DNA of 38,144 nt from Candidatus Bathyarchaeota archaeon (GCA_020697635.1 JAEHCT010000001.1:1-38144); one strand, 5' to 3'. Positions 9,250-19,243 are shown, numbered from the stretch's first letter. Numbers and translations: made by a program. The notes: generated by a model not told the origin, from the letters alone.

Positions 9250-10275
9250 TTACGCTTTTCCCAGTTTTTTTGCTAATTTCGCAAGCTCAGGGTGTACGCA
9301 TTTCCCCTTGTCCAGTATCTGTTTCCCATCCAACCAGATGGACACGTTCATGCATATACCGTCGGAGTGAGAAGCCGCCGGCCTCCAAGCCATGTTGCCT
9401 ATGCCGAACTCGACGGACCCCCACACCCTCTCGTCCTCGACGACGTCTCCCGTCAACTTCGCGCCTGGGTTGAAGCCGGGGCAGAGGTGAGCTATCTTGA
9501 GCATGTTCGGGTCGTTGAAGCTCCTCAGCCACGCCTCGTACTTCACCGCGTCGTTCCCGCTACCGAAGGCCATGATGTCGCCGTTCTTGATGGTCAGCTC
9601 TATGGGGTCCTTGATGAGACCCAGCGGGGGGTTCACCGAGCCGTCGAAGACTAGTTTGCCGTTTAGGGTCTCGGCGTCCATGCCCCAGTAGACCTGCCCC
9701 GACATCATGTGGGCGCCGGGGGTGTCGGAGTAGCCTAGAGAGTAGCCGGCCCTTCTCTCCTTGGTCATCTTGAAGGTCACATCCATGCCTGCGGGCGTCG
9801 TGATCCTGAACTCGTTGGTGTCCTTGACGATCTCGGTCAGCTTGTCCAGAAACTCCTTAAGAGTGGGGTAATCGACTCTGCCGATGGTTCTCACCATCAT
9901 GTCCACGTTCATGCCGACGAGGCAGTTGTACCTAAGCTTGGGGTTCTCCTTCATGGCCCTGTCGTACACGTTGGAGTAGAATATCCACTGGTTGTTGAAC
10001 TCGACCCACGCGTCGGCCCCTTTCAGCGCCCCAACCAGCGACTCGGTAGGGAACATGGGGTCCGCGGCCTTACCGACCCCGAGGGGGGAGGCGAGCCAGA
10101 TAACCATGGGTTTACCTCCGGCAGCGAAGGCGGCCCTCGCTGTCGCGTTCACCACCCTCTCATCGGACTCTGTGTCGGCCGTGATGACCATGGTCTCTCC
10201 CTCTTTCAGTTTGAAGAGCTCGTTGACCAGAATATCCGCGGCCTTTCCTAACTCGAATTCATACCATCCGGGCAT
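9250..10275 (-). CDS. M29 (aminopeptidase T)/NicX-like metalloenzyme
   Basis: LKEGETMVITAD, RITTPAGMDVTF, NGKLVFDG, IAHLCPGFNP, SHSDG. Start placed at ATG 10275 (MPGWYE), downstream of a GGTGA SD-like motif. Confidence 0.75.
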   Translation of the reverse strand: MPGWYEFELGKAADILVNELFKLKEGETMVITADTESDERVVNATARAAFAAGGKPMVIWLASPLGVGKAADPMFPTESLVGALKGADAWVEFNNQWIFYSNVYDRAMKENPKLRYNCLVGMNVDMMVRTIGRVDYPTLKEFLDKLTEIVKDTNEFRITTPAGMDVTFKMTKERRAGYSLGYSDTPGAHMMSGQVYWGMDAETLNGKLVFDGSVNPPLGLIKDPIELTIKNGDIMAFGSGNDAVKYEAWLRSFNDPNMLKIAHLCPGFNPGAKLTGDVVEDERVWGSVEFGIGNMAWRPAASHSDGICMNVSIWLDGKQILDKGKCVHPELAKLAKKLGKA

Positions 10276-10469
10276 ACATTTCACCGTTATAATTCTTCTA
10301 GAATACATAATAACGGTTTTCTTATATTAAATTCTTACAACCAGAAATATGATGAAACAACTAATTTATCAGTGAATTATGTTTTCGGATGATATTTCCC
10401 AATAAAATCAAGGCAACTGGTTTGTTAATTGTCGGTAATTATAAAAAAACAGAACCTCTCTTGGTATTA
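10276..10469. promoter_or_regulatory. AT-rich divergent promoter region
   Basis: About 190 bp of strongly AT-rich sequence with TATA-like elements (TTATAT, TTATAAAA) between divergent genes. Confidence 0.6.
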
Positions 10470-12524
10470 ATGGACTCCAGTTACAGAGTGGGCATAGACA
10501 TAGGTGGAGCCTTCACCGATCTCGTCGCGTACGACAGCACCACCAAAGATCTGAGGTGGGTTAAAGTCGAGAGCACGCCGAGGGAGCTCTCGATGGGCGT
10601 CGTCGACTGCATCAAGAGGAGTGGCATAGCTCAGCCTGAGATGGAGCAGATAATCCACGGACAGACCGTTGTCATAAACACCATAATAGAGAGGAAGGGG
10701 GTCAACGTGGGGCTGCTCACGACGAGGGGACACAGAGACGTCCTCGAGATACAGAGGGCGAACCGCCGGGACATGTACAACTTCAAGTACAAGAAGCCTG
10801 AATCCATCGTACCCAGACATCTCCGTATCGAGGTCGATGAACGGATCATGGCCGACGGCACAGTTCTCAAAGAGATCAGCGGTGAGCAGGTGGAGGAGGC
10901 CTCTAAGAGACTCGTCGAGAAAGGCGTCGACGCTATCTGCGTCTCATTCCTCAACTCCTACGTGAACCCCGAAAACGAGAGGAAGGCGGGGGAGATAATT
11001 AGAAGCCGTCACAACGTGCCCGTCGTCCTCTCCCACGAGGTCACCCGAGAGTGGAGAGAGTACGAGCGGTTCTCGACGGCCGCGCTAAACGCCTATGTCC
11101 TCCCGATCCTTGACAGGTACCTCAGCAGGCTGCAGAGCTCCCTCACCAAGGACCCTCGCAAGTGCATGGCGATGACCTCCGACGGCGGAATGGTCTCATT
11201 CGACTTCGCCCGGAGGTTCCCCATATACACCGTAGAGTCCGGGCCCGTGGCTGGAGTCATCGGTGCATTAGGGGTCGCTGAGGCCGTGGGTGAGAAGGAC
11301 ATCATCGCGCTTGACGGAGGCAGCACAACCACCAAGGCGTCCCTTGTCGAGGGCCTCAACCCGGAGGTCACCACCGAGTACTACGTCGAGAGGGACAGGT
11401 TCAGGCCAGGGTTCCCCGTGATGGTCCCCGTCGTACGGACGGTGGAGATAGGGAACGGCGGCACCAGCATAGCTTGGATCGACGAGGTTGGCAGGGTGAG
11501 AGTCGGGCCTAAGGCCGCTGGCGCAGATCCGGGGCCCGTCTGCTACGGCAAGGGAGGGGACCAGCCTACCCTCACAGACGCCTACGTCGTAACAGGGATG
11601 CTGAACCCCGACTACCTCCTGGGCGGAGAGCTGCCGATCCACAGAGACCTAGCGGTAAAGGCGATCAACGGGGTAGCGGCCGAGCTCGACACGAGCCTCG
11701 AGGAGGCAGCCGAGGGAATTATAAAGCTGGCGAACGAGAACGCGGCCTACGCCATAGACCTTGTCTCGGTCCAGAGGGGGTACGACCCAAGGGACTTCAC
11801 GCTCATCGCCTACGGCGGCTCCGGCCCCATGTTCGCCCCCTTCATCGCCGAGGAGCTGGAGATCGGTAAGATAGTCGTGCCCGTCATACCTCCGGGGGTG
11901 TTCTCCGCGTGGGGCATGCTGAACACGGATGTCCGCCACAACTCGATACACACCCACATAACCCGGCTGGACGCGCCGGACGCCCTGGAGACCCTGAGCC
12001 GCATCTACAAGGACTTGGAGGACGAGGTCACCGGTATGTTCCGCTCGGAGGGAGGAGAAAGCCCCACCGCGATAGAGAGGTACGCGGACATCAGGTACTA
12101 TGGGCAGGAGCACACCGTCAAGGTGTATGTGCCCTCCGGGGCACTCTCGGCCCCTGACCTTCAGACGATCCTCGAGAGCTTCCACGCGACCCACGAGAGG
12201 GAGTACGAATTCAAACTGCCCGGCGACCCAGCCGAGATCGTCAACTTCCACGTGGTTGGCATCAGGAGGGTACAGAAGCTCAGCCTTGGAGAGCTGCCTG
12301 AGCCGTCGGGTTCCCAGGACCCGTTGCTCACGGATAGGAGCGTGTACATAAACGGAGGCTACGAGGAACTCCCCGTGTACGACAGAACCCTTCTAACCGT
12401 TGGGTTCAGCCTCGAGGGCCCAGCCATCCTGGAGGACCCGACAGCCACTATAATAGTGCTCACCGGGCAGAAGGCGTCCGTGGATAGGTTTGGTAACACC
12501 GTCATCAGGAGCGTGGTAAGATGA
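10470..12524 (+). CDS. hyuA: Hydantoinase/oxoprolinase subunit A (HyuA-like, ATP-binding)
   Basis: GIDIGGAFTD, REYERFSTAALNAY, SGPVAGV, GADPGPVCYG, PTLTDA, RGYDPRDF. Start placed at ATG 10470 (MDSSYRVG). Confidence 0.9.
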   Translation: MDSSYRVGIDIGGAFTDLVAYDSTTKDLRWVKVESTPRELSMGVVDCIKRSGIAQPEMEQIIHGQTVVINTIIERKGVNVGLLTTRGHRDVLEIQRANRRDMYNFKYKKPESIVPRHLRIEVDERIMADGTVLKEISGEQVEEASKRLVEKGVDAICVSFLNSYVNPENERKAGEIIRSRHNVPVVLSHEVTREWREYERFSTAALNAYVLPILDRYLSRLQSSLTKDPRKCMAMTSDGGMVSFDFARRFPIYTVESGPVAGVIGALGVAEAVGEKDIIALDGGSTTTKASLVEGLNPEVTTEYYVERDRFRPGFPVMVPVVRTVEIGNGGTSIAWIDEVGRVRVGPKAAGADPGPVCYGKGGDQPTLTDAYVVTGMLNPDYLLGGELPIHRDLAVKAINGVAAELDTSLEEAAEGIIKLANENAAYAIDLVSVQRGYDPRDFTLIAYGGSGPMFAPFIAEELEIGKIVVPVIPPGVFSAWGMLNTDVRHNSIHTHITRLDAPDALETLSRIYKDLEDEVTGMFRSEGGESPTAIERYADIRYYGQEHTVKVYVPSGALSAPDLQTILESFHATHEREYEFKLPGDPAEIVNFHVVGIRRVQKLSLGELPEPSGSQDPLLTDRSVYINGGYEELPVYDRTLLTVGFSLEGPAILEDPTATIIVLTGQKASVDRFGNTVIRSVVR

Positions 12525-14257
12525 CCGTAAACAGCACGTCGCCGTTCACACTGGAGATCATCAAGAACGGGTTGATAGTGGCCTCGGAGGAGATGTTCTA
12601 CTCCTGGGGGCGGACCGCGAAGAGCCCAGTCATATACGAGGTCCTGGACTACGCCGTCGGCCTCATAGACGCCGAGGGCAAGAACCTCGTGACCCAAGCC
12701 CCCGGGATACCTGGGTTCACGGGTGTCCTCGACTTCGCCGCCGGAGAGGTGGTGGAGATGTGGGGAGACGACATCCGGGCCGGGGACGTCTTCGTGAGCA
12801 ACGTGCCCTACCAGTCTGGGACCCACCTCAACGACGTCACCCTGATAATGCCCATATTCAACGGCGGCCGGAGGCTCGGGTTCGCGGTGGCCAAGGGCCA
12901 CTGGAGCGAGGTCGGAGGGATGCACTTCGGGAGCTGGACCTCCGACTCCACAGAGATATACCAGGAGGGGATCCAGTTCCCCTGCGTGAAGCTCTACGTC
13001 GGCGGCGAGCCCAACAGGAGCATCGTGGAGATGATAAGGTACAACTCCAGGATGCCCGACTTCGTCCTCGGGGACATGTACGCCCAGGTGGCCTCCTTGA
13101 AGGTCGCCGGGAGGAGGGTGAACTGGCTCGTGGACAAGTACGGCCTGGAGACGGTCCTCGACGCCATGGACCGGCTGCTGGAGGACGGGGAGAAGTACGC
13201 CAGGCTCAAGATGAGGGACCTGCCCAAGGGTACCTTCACGGCCGAGGACTGGATCGACGACGACGGCATAACGGACGACCCCATCCCGGTGAAGGTGGAG
13301 GTCAAGATCACTGACGACGAGTTCCTGGTGGACTTCACAGGCAGCGGCAAGCAGGCAGCGGGGTCCATCAACTCGGCTTACCCCAGCACGGTCTCGGGGG
13401 TGAGGGAGACCTACATGGCCATGATAGACCCCTACACCCACCCCAACGGAGGCTTCTTCGCGCCCCTCAAGATCATAGCCCCCGAGGGGACTGTGTTCAA
13501 CCCCCAGAGGCCGGCGCCTACATCCACGTTCTGGGAGGGGATGTCCCACGCCGCCGACATAGTCTGGAAGGCCCTCGCTCACGTCTCCCCGGAGAGGCTG
13601 AGCGCGGGCCACTTCCTCTCCATAGAGGCCACGATCCTCGGCGGCGTAGACGACAGGACCGGGACGCCCTTCGCCATCGTCGAGCCCCAGCCGGGGGGAT
13701 GGGGCGCCGGCTACGACATGGACGGCGAGAGCGCCCTCGTGGCCTGCGGCGACGGCGAGACGTACATAGCCTCCAGCGAGGTCTACGAGCGGAGGACGCC
13801 TATACTGGTCGAGCGGTACGCCCTCAACACCGGGGACGGCACCGGGCACGGGACCCATAGAGGCGGCTTCGGCGCGGTGAGGAACTACAGGCTCCTCTGC
13901 AGCGAGGCTAGCTTCACCGTCTCAGCGGGGAGATCAAAGTTCCCGTGCTGGGGCGTGGACGGAGGCATGAAGGGCACGCCTAACTACGCCGTGGTCTACA
14001 GGCAGGGCGAGGACCCCATGAGGGTGCTGAAGGTCGCGGCCCTCAAGGTGCGGAAGGGCGACGTGGTGAGCCTCGTCACCGGGGGAGGCGGCGGGTGGGG
14101 AGATCCCTTGAAGCGTGACCCGGAGCTGGTGCTCGGGGACGTGGTGAACGGGTACGTGACAGCCGAGGTCGCCAGAGAGGTCTACGGGGTCGAGATAAAC
14201 AAGGAGACAATGGAGATCGACGCTAAAGCAACCAGGGATCTCAGACGGAGATTGTGA
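12521..14257 (+). CDS. hyuB: Hydantoinase B/oxoprolinase subunit B (HyuB-like)
   Basis: GTHLND, KGHWSEVGG, EIYQEG, VDFTGS, GGGGGWGDP; start overlaps the hyuA stop. Confidence 0.92.
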   Translation: MTVNSTSPFTLEIIKNGLIVASEEMFYSWGRTAKSPVIYEVLDYAVGLIDAEGKNLVTQAPGIPGFTGVLDFAAGEVVEMWGDDIRAGDVFVSNVPYQSGTHLNDVTLIMPIFNGGRRLGFAVAKGHWSEVGGMHFGSWTSDSTEIYQEGIQFPCVKLYVGGEPNRSIVEMIRYNSRMPDFVLGDMYAQVASLKVAGRRVNWLVDKYGLETVLDAMDRLLEDGEKYARLKMRDLPKGTFTAEDWIDDDGITDDPIPVKVEVKITDDEFLVDFTGSGKQAAGSINSAYPSTVSGVRETYMAMIDPYTHPNGGFFAPLKIIAPEGTVFNPQRPAPTSTFWEGMSHAADIVWKALAHVSPERLSAGHFLSIEATILGGVDDRTGTPFAIVEPQPGGWGAGYDMDGESALVACGDGETYIASSEVYERRTPILVERYALNTGDGTGHGTHRGGFGAVRNYRLLCSEASFTVSAGRSKFPCWGVDGGMKGTPNYAVVYRQGEDPMRVLKVAALKVRKGDVVSLVTGGGGGWGDPLKRDPELVLGDVVNGYVTAEVAREVYGVEINKETMEIDAKATRDLRRRL

Positions 14258-14277
14258 AGCCCCCCCCCTTTTTCATT
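14258..14277 (+). terminator. Putative oligo-T terminator
   Basis: C-run followed by TTTTT directly after the hyuB stop. Confidence 0.4.
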
Positions 14278-14324
14278 ACAACAAAGTTCATATGGCGTAG
14301 AGTAGCTGGTAGGCGGTCGACGGG

Positions 14325-15500
14325 ATGGAGAAATCAAAGGATAAGCTGTTGAAATCGTTATACTTGACAAATTTTCTCTCTTCTCTCGCCTTCGGAACCA
14401 TAATCTATCTCCTCCCCGTCTACGCTGAGGGACTGGGGGCCTCTTTCTACGATCTCGGAGTCATCGGCGGGGTCGGTAACGCCGTCTACACCGTGTCTAC
14501 GCTTGTCACTGGTTTCCTGCTAGACGTTTTCGAGAGGGCCCGATTCTACTCTGTGTCCTGCATACTCGGAGTCGTCACCATACTCTCTTTCTACCGGACC
14601 ACCGGCGTGATGGAGATAATGCTGGTCCGGGGTCTACTGGGAGGCGTATCCGCGGCGTTCTGGGTAGCAACCAGCACCCTTATCGCCGACACGTCCCCGC
14701 CAGAGCGGCTCACCACGTCGATGGCGCGCTACAATATTTCGTGGATGACCGCGTTCGTGGTGGGCCCCTTTCTCGGGGGAATGATCTCAGATACCCTCGG
14801 GTTTTCATTCCTCTTCGTGACGGCGTCGACGCTCAACGTGGTGAGCTTCGTGATCATATACGCGTTTATCCGCCCCAACCTGGAAGGGAAAAAGGAGGGC
14901 GGTAACCTAAGGGTCAGCTACCAGGCCCTGAAAAACCTGTTCTACGTGTACCTAGCCTTGATGCCTTACGCCCTGGTTCTCGGGGTATACATGGCGATAA
15001 TGCCGGGCCACATGAAGGAGCTGGGGATCACAACCGCCGTGGTGGGGCTGCTTCTTACAATCTCAAACGGCTTCAGGGGGCTGGGCTTCCTGTTCGCCGA
15101 GAGGTTCGTGGGTTGGGGGGTGAAGAAGTCCCTCGCACTGGCCTCGGTTCTCTTGTTCGCCGCTCTCATCCTCGTCGCCTTCTCGCAGGGAGTGGCAGGC
15201 TTCCTCCTTCCCATGATACTCTTCGGCTTCGCAGGCGGCATCGTAACGCCGGTCATACTCGACTGCGTCGCCGGAGGAGCCCACCCGGGTGCCCTCGGGG
15301 CCGCCCTCGGGACCCATGAAGCCATCTACGGGCTCGGAATGTGCTTGGGGCCCATAGCGGGAGGAGCCTTCGCCGAATCCTTCCATCCCACAGCGTTATA
15401 CTTTTCGCTGGCGACGCTCTCGTTGCTGATACTCCCCGTCTCGCGGGCCATAGGTAAAGGTCAGCGAAGACCCTCAACTGGAAGTGAGGGACAGTTATAA
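14325..15500 (+). CDS. MFS transporter
   Basis: 391 aa, about 12 TM helices, GFLLDVFERAR motif-A-like, GPFLGG and GPIAGG repeats. Confidence 0.88.
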   Translation: MEKSKDKLLKSLYLTNFLSSLAFGTIIYLLPVYAEGLGASFYDLGVIGGVGNAVYTVSTLVTGFLLDVFERARFYSVSCILGVVTILSFYRTTGVMEIMLVRGLLGGVSAAFWVATSTLIADTSPPERLTTSMARYNISWMTAFVVGPFLGGMISDTLGFSFLFVTASTLNVVSFVIIYAFIRPNLEGKKEGGNLRVSYQALKNLFYVYLALMPYALVLGVYMAIMPGHMKELGITTAVVGLLLTISNGFRGLGFLFAERFVGWGVKKSLALASVLLFAALILVAFSQGVAGFLLPMILFGFAGGIVTPVILDCVAGGAHPGALGAALGTHEAIYGLGMCLGPIAGGAFAESFHPTALYFSLATLSLLILPVSRAIGKGQRRPSTGSEGQL

Positions 15501-15530
15501 GTAATGTAAATAATCACTAGGTAGATCGCC

Positions 15531-16592
15531 ATGAAATTAACTAAGGATCAAGAGAGCCACGCCTTAGCCCTCCACAAGGAGGCCCTCGTGGTAGACTTCC
15601 ACTGCGACGGAGTGCTCGCGACGCTACCCGACTCAGCCTACATCATCGGAGACGCTAAGAAGAGGACCCTCCACGAGAGGTCAGACAACGGCCACGTGGA
15701 CATCCCCCGGCTCCTGGAGGGCGGCGTAGACTGCCAGGTGTTCTCCCACTTCGTGGAGCCCATATACAACCCCATCGCCCCCCACAGGATGCTACAGGTC
15801 CTGGGGTACAGCCTGAACGAGATCGAGAAATCAGACAAGGTGAGCCTGGTGAAGAACTACGACGACATAGTCGCCAACGACGGTAAGAGGCTCAGCTTCA
15901 TGATAGGGTTCGAGGGCGGAGAGGCCCTGGTCAACGACCTTCGGTTGCTGAAGGTCTATCACACGGTTGGCCTGCGTAGGCTGACTCTGACCTGGAACAA
16001 CAGGAACATGATCGCGGACGGCGTTACATGGCAGAGATCCAAGGGCGGGCTGACCGAGTTCGGCGCCGACGTAGTGAAGGAGTGCAACAGGCTGGGCATC
16101 CTCGTCGACGTCAGCCACATCACCGACCAGGGGCTCTGGGACACCCTGGAGGCCAGCGAGGAGCCGGTGATCGCGTCTCACTCGAACTGCAGGGCCCTGT
16201 GCAGCCACAAACGGAACCTCACGGACGATATGATCAAGGCCTTGGCAGAGAAGGGCGGGATGATAGGCGTCAACTACGTGCCCTTCTTCCTGAAAGACAT
16301 AGACTTCGCTAAGCTGAGAGGCGGAGACGAGGAGGAGAAAAGGAAGGTCGAGTCCGTCACCGTGGAGACTGTCGTTGACCACGTAGACCACATGGTCGAG
16401 GTCATCGGAAACACCGACCACATAGGCTTGGGCTCCGACTTCGACGGGGTGCCCTCCATCGCGAAGGGACTTGATGACGCCAGTAAGATGCCGAACCTGA
16501 CTAAGGCTTTCGTCGCCAGAGGCTACTCGGACCAGGAGATCAAGGGAATACTGGGAGGCAACTTCCTCCGATTAATCAAGAAGATATGCTAA
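15531..16592 (+). CDS. Membrane dipeptidase family (peptidase M19)
   Basis: VDFHCD, GFEGG, LTWN, VDVSH, ASHSN, RNLTD, GLGSDFDG, GGNFLR. Confidence 0.92.
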   Translation: MKLTKDQESHALALHKEALVVDFHCDGVLATLPDSAYIIGDAKKRTLHERSDNGHVDIPRLLEGGVDCQVFSHFVEPIYNPIAPHRMLQVLGYSLNEIEKSDKVSLVKNYDDIVANDGKRLSFMIGFEGGEALVNDLRLLKVYHTVGLRRLTLTWNNRNMIADGVTWQRSKGGLTEFGADVVKECNRLGILVDVSHITDQGLWDTLEASEEPVIASHSNCRALCSHKRNLTDDMIKALAEKGGMIGVNYVPFFLKDIDFAKLRGGDEEEKRKVESVTVETVVDHVDHMVEVIGNTDHIGLGSDFDGVPSIAKGLDDASKMPNLTKAFVARGYSDQEIKGILGGNFLRLIKKIC

Positions 16593-16726
16593 TGAGCCTC
16601 TTCTCTCTCTAAACAGAGGCTGTTCCCTTTTTACTGGCTTGTTTTACTTCTTCAAATAGGACGTGGTTCACTTTTGGGTTTATTAGCTGTGGCGCTCTGA
16701 CGGTGGATAGAATAAAAAGGGGAAAG

Positions 16727-17575
16727 CTAGCCCTGGAAGGCGGGGGGCGTCGGTATCTTCTTCCACTCGCGTATTAACTCGACTACGAACTCGACGCGTT
16801 TCTCGAACCGCTTCGCGTATTCCTCGGGGTCGGCGTCGTGGGGACTCCCCAGCCCGTAGATGCCGTCCGTGCTGAAATCGTCGGTGTCTGGCTGGCTGCA
16901 CGCCGCTCTGACCTGGCTGACGACCTCGTAGTCGCCTCTGTCGGGGTCAAGGAACGCCCGGAGCTTCGGGTCTACGTCCAGCGAAGGCGTCCAGTCCTCA
17001 GGCACCCGGTCCAGCTCAACCAGCTCAGGGAACATGTACAGGGCCGTCCCCGTCTCGTTGATGCCGCTGTGTACGTCCCAGAGCCGCTTCTGCCTGTCTG
17101 CGAAGACCTTCGCCAGCTCGGTGCTGTCCGGGCCGCTCGGCGCCGCCACCATTACCCCGTACTCCCGCTTGGCCAGCTGCACCACGAGGTTCATTATGTT
17201 CCTGTTGCCGCCGTGCCCGTTCATTATCACGAACCGCTTCACACCGTGATACGCGAGGCTCCCGATGGTGTCCATTAAAACCCCCATCAGCGTGTCCCAG
17301 CTGAACGTCACGGTGCCCTTGAACCCGAGGTGGTGGGGGCTGAACCCAGGCCAGCAGGGATGCACCGCCACGCTGTTGCTTCGCTTCGCCACCTCGTGGA
17401 TGTACCGCTTCACGGCCATGGAGTCCATCCCCAGAGGAAGGTGGGGCCCATGCTGCTCTATGGAGCCGATGCCGATGACCACGACGGGGTGCTCCTCGTG
17501 TTCAAGCCAGTCCTCGAACGCTGGCCTCGTCAGCTCGGTGATCCAGAACTTGGATAGCTTACCTTTCTCGCTCAT
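16727..17575 (-). CDS. Creatininase family amidohydrolase
   Basis: GSIEQHGPHLPLGMD, GFSPHH, NGHGGN, HSGINET. Confidence 0.92.
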   Translation of the reverse strand: MSEKGKLSKFWITELTRPAFEDWLEHEEHPVVVIGIGSIEQHGPHLPLGMDSMAVKRYIHEVAKRSNSVAVHPCWPGFSPHHLGFKGTVTFSWDTLMGVLMDTIGSLAYHGVKRFVIMNGHGGNRNIMNLVVQLAKREYGVMVAAPSGPDSTELAKVFADRQKRLWDVHSGINETGTALYMFPELVELDRVPEDWTPSLDVDPKLRAFLDPDRGDYEVVSQVRAACSQPDTDDFSTDGIYGLGSPHDADPEEYAKRFEKRVEFVVELIREWKKIPTPPAFQG

Positions 17576-17658
17576 AACGATCGCGTAAAGATCGGTTGCA
17601 GATGGTTAAGAAACCTCTTACTATGAGTTTAAACAAACATAAATCAACCAAACTACAT

Positions 17659-17952
17659 GTGACGCCGCCGATAATCGCGGTGATCGCCGTGATCGTCACA
17701 CTGGCCCTCGTACGCCTCACCAAGAGAGCCACATCAACCAAGACAGGGACATTCCAAGCGACGGCGACCGACAGGCGCAAAGAGACCAACATAACCTACA
17801 TGGAGTTTTTCATGTCCACCATCAAGCACATCCGGGTAACCGACAGGAGGCTCCAGGCGGAGACCGCCAAGGAGGCCTACGAGGCGATCGACATAGGCGC
17901 CACGGCGAATGTTGCCTAGTACAGCGGCGGCGCCTACAGAGTGGATCAGTGA
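17659..17952 (+). pseudogene. Small membrane protein, paralog of 19244..19534, with in-frame TAG at 17917-17919
   Basis: GTG start about 25 bp after TTTAAA. Ungapped similarity to the 96-aa paralog continues past the TAG (VA*YSGGAYRV vs VFEYSDGSYRL). Could be a slightly truncated but functional CDS. Confidence 0.6.
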
Positions 17953-17996
17953 CAAATAAAACTTAATAGACCTCGCTACGGAGGCAAGCCAACCAA

Positions 17997-19214
17997 ATGG
18001 ATTCCTCCACTGCGTTAGAAGAGCATGCCTCCAGCGGACGCAATACACTGGAGAGTAGGCTCGCCGCCCTCCACAGCCACGCCGTTGAGCTCAACACCGC
18101 GAAGACCCTACAAGACATCTATGAATGCACTATAAAGGCGATGGTGGAGACCTTCAAATATGAGAGGGTAGACCTCCTGAGGGTTCAGGGCGGGAAACTA
18201 GTGCAGGTAGCCAAGTACGGGGGAATCCCCGCCGGCGTGGAGCTGCCTCTCGACGGAAAAGGGGTGACGATCCGAGCCGTCAAAGAGAAGAGAACCATCC
18301 TCGTGAACGACATAAAGCAGAGCCAAGACTACGTCTTCGTGGTAAACCCCGAGACAGGCCAGCCATACTACGAGTACGTGTTATCCAAGGCCGAGCTCGC
18401 GTCCCCGATAATAATCGACGGCGAGGCTGTCGGGATCCTCAACATAGAGAGCACCGAGAAAGACTCGTTCACGGAGCTAGACAGGCAGCAGCTGGAGATA
18501 CTGGCCAACCACGTGGCCACGGCGATAGACCGAATAGCAAACCTCGAAGAGGCCCAGAGACTGAGCCGGGAGCAGAACAGGAAACTCATGGAGGGGTTCA
18601 GAAGAGTCTCCAGCATGGCTAGGCATGACCTCCGGGGACCGCTGAGCAACATCAGCATGGCGGCTCATATCCTGAGGCAGAACCCAGACGACGTTAACAT
18701 GTTTAGTATCATCGATAGCAACGTGAAGCATGCGGATAACATTCTGGACGACTGGAAGGCGCTCACGTTGAGGGGGGAGATCACGAGATTAAGAATAAAC
18801 GTGAGAGCCCTTGTGGAGGAGGTGCTCAGGAGCATGATTATCCCCGACAACGTCGAGACAGATGTCGATGTCCCGGATGACTTGGTTTACTTGCTTGACA
18901 TGAGAGGCATGTCGAGGGTGCTGACCAACCTGTTCATGAACTCCATGGACGCCATGCCCCAGGGAGGTAAACTAGGGATACGTGCAAACGATGACGACGG
19001 TGGGCTCGTCATCGAAGTATCGGACACCGGTGTGGGGGTACCGGATGAATACAGGGAGAAGATGTTCACACCCTTCTTCACGACGAAGGATACGGGCGTC
19101 GGACTCGGCCTCGCCTACGTCAAGGATAACGTCGAAGCCCACGGCGGCACCGTGAGGTACACGGCTACACCCGGCGAGGGAACCACCTTCACAATAAGGA
19201 TCCCGGGTGATTAG
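17997..19214 (+). CDS. Cytoplasmic GAF-domain sensor histidine kinase
   Basis: GAF (ELASPII, GILNIES, FTELD), H-box RHDLRGPL, N-box NLFMNSMDAM, DTGVG, PFFTTK, GVGLGL. Confidence 0.92.
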   Translation: MDSSTALEEHASSGRNTLESRLAALHSHAVELNTAKTLQDIYECTIKAMVETFKYERVDLLRVQGGKLVQVAKYGGIPAGVELPLDGKGVTIRAVKEKRTILVNDIKQSQDYVFVVNPETGQPYYEYVLSKAELASPIIIDGEAVGILNIESTEKDSFTELDRQQLEILANHVATAIDRIANLEEAQRLSREQNRKLMEGFRRVSSMARHDLRGPLSNISMAAHILRQNPDDVNMFSIIDSNVKHADNILDDWKALTLRGEITRLRINVRALVEEVLRSMIIPDNVETDVDVPDDLVYLLDMRGMSRVLTNLFMNSMDAMPQGGKLGIRANDDDGGLVIEVSDTGVGVPDEYREKMFTPFFTTKDTGVGLGLAYVKDNVEAHGGTVRYTATPGEGTTFTIRIPGD

Positions 19215-19243
19215 CCTGGGGGGTGCCAACTCTCCCGCAGGCG

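Noticed and set aside
10276..10469. Extended N-termini given by the ORF track (10308, 10389; also 25151, 27900, 30760, 32957)
   Set aside because: The extensions run through promoter DNA or adjacent genes; downstream starts fit family N-termini, SD motifs or stop-start overlaps.
12359..13858. 499-aa antisense ORF, and similar ones (5941..6885, 21877..22923, 24222..24935, 34311..34964)
   Set aside because: Shadow ORFs opposite well-supported genes, expected from GC-rich codon usage; no recognisable motifs.
17627..17640. GTTTAAACAAACA resembling the GTAAACA box
   Set aside because: Better explained as the TATA box of the small gene; isolated copy.
17659..17700. Four GTGA/TCAC half-sites
   Set aside because: Explained by ordinary Val-Ile/Val-Thr codons in a TM helix.
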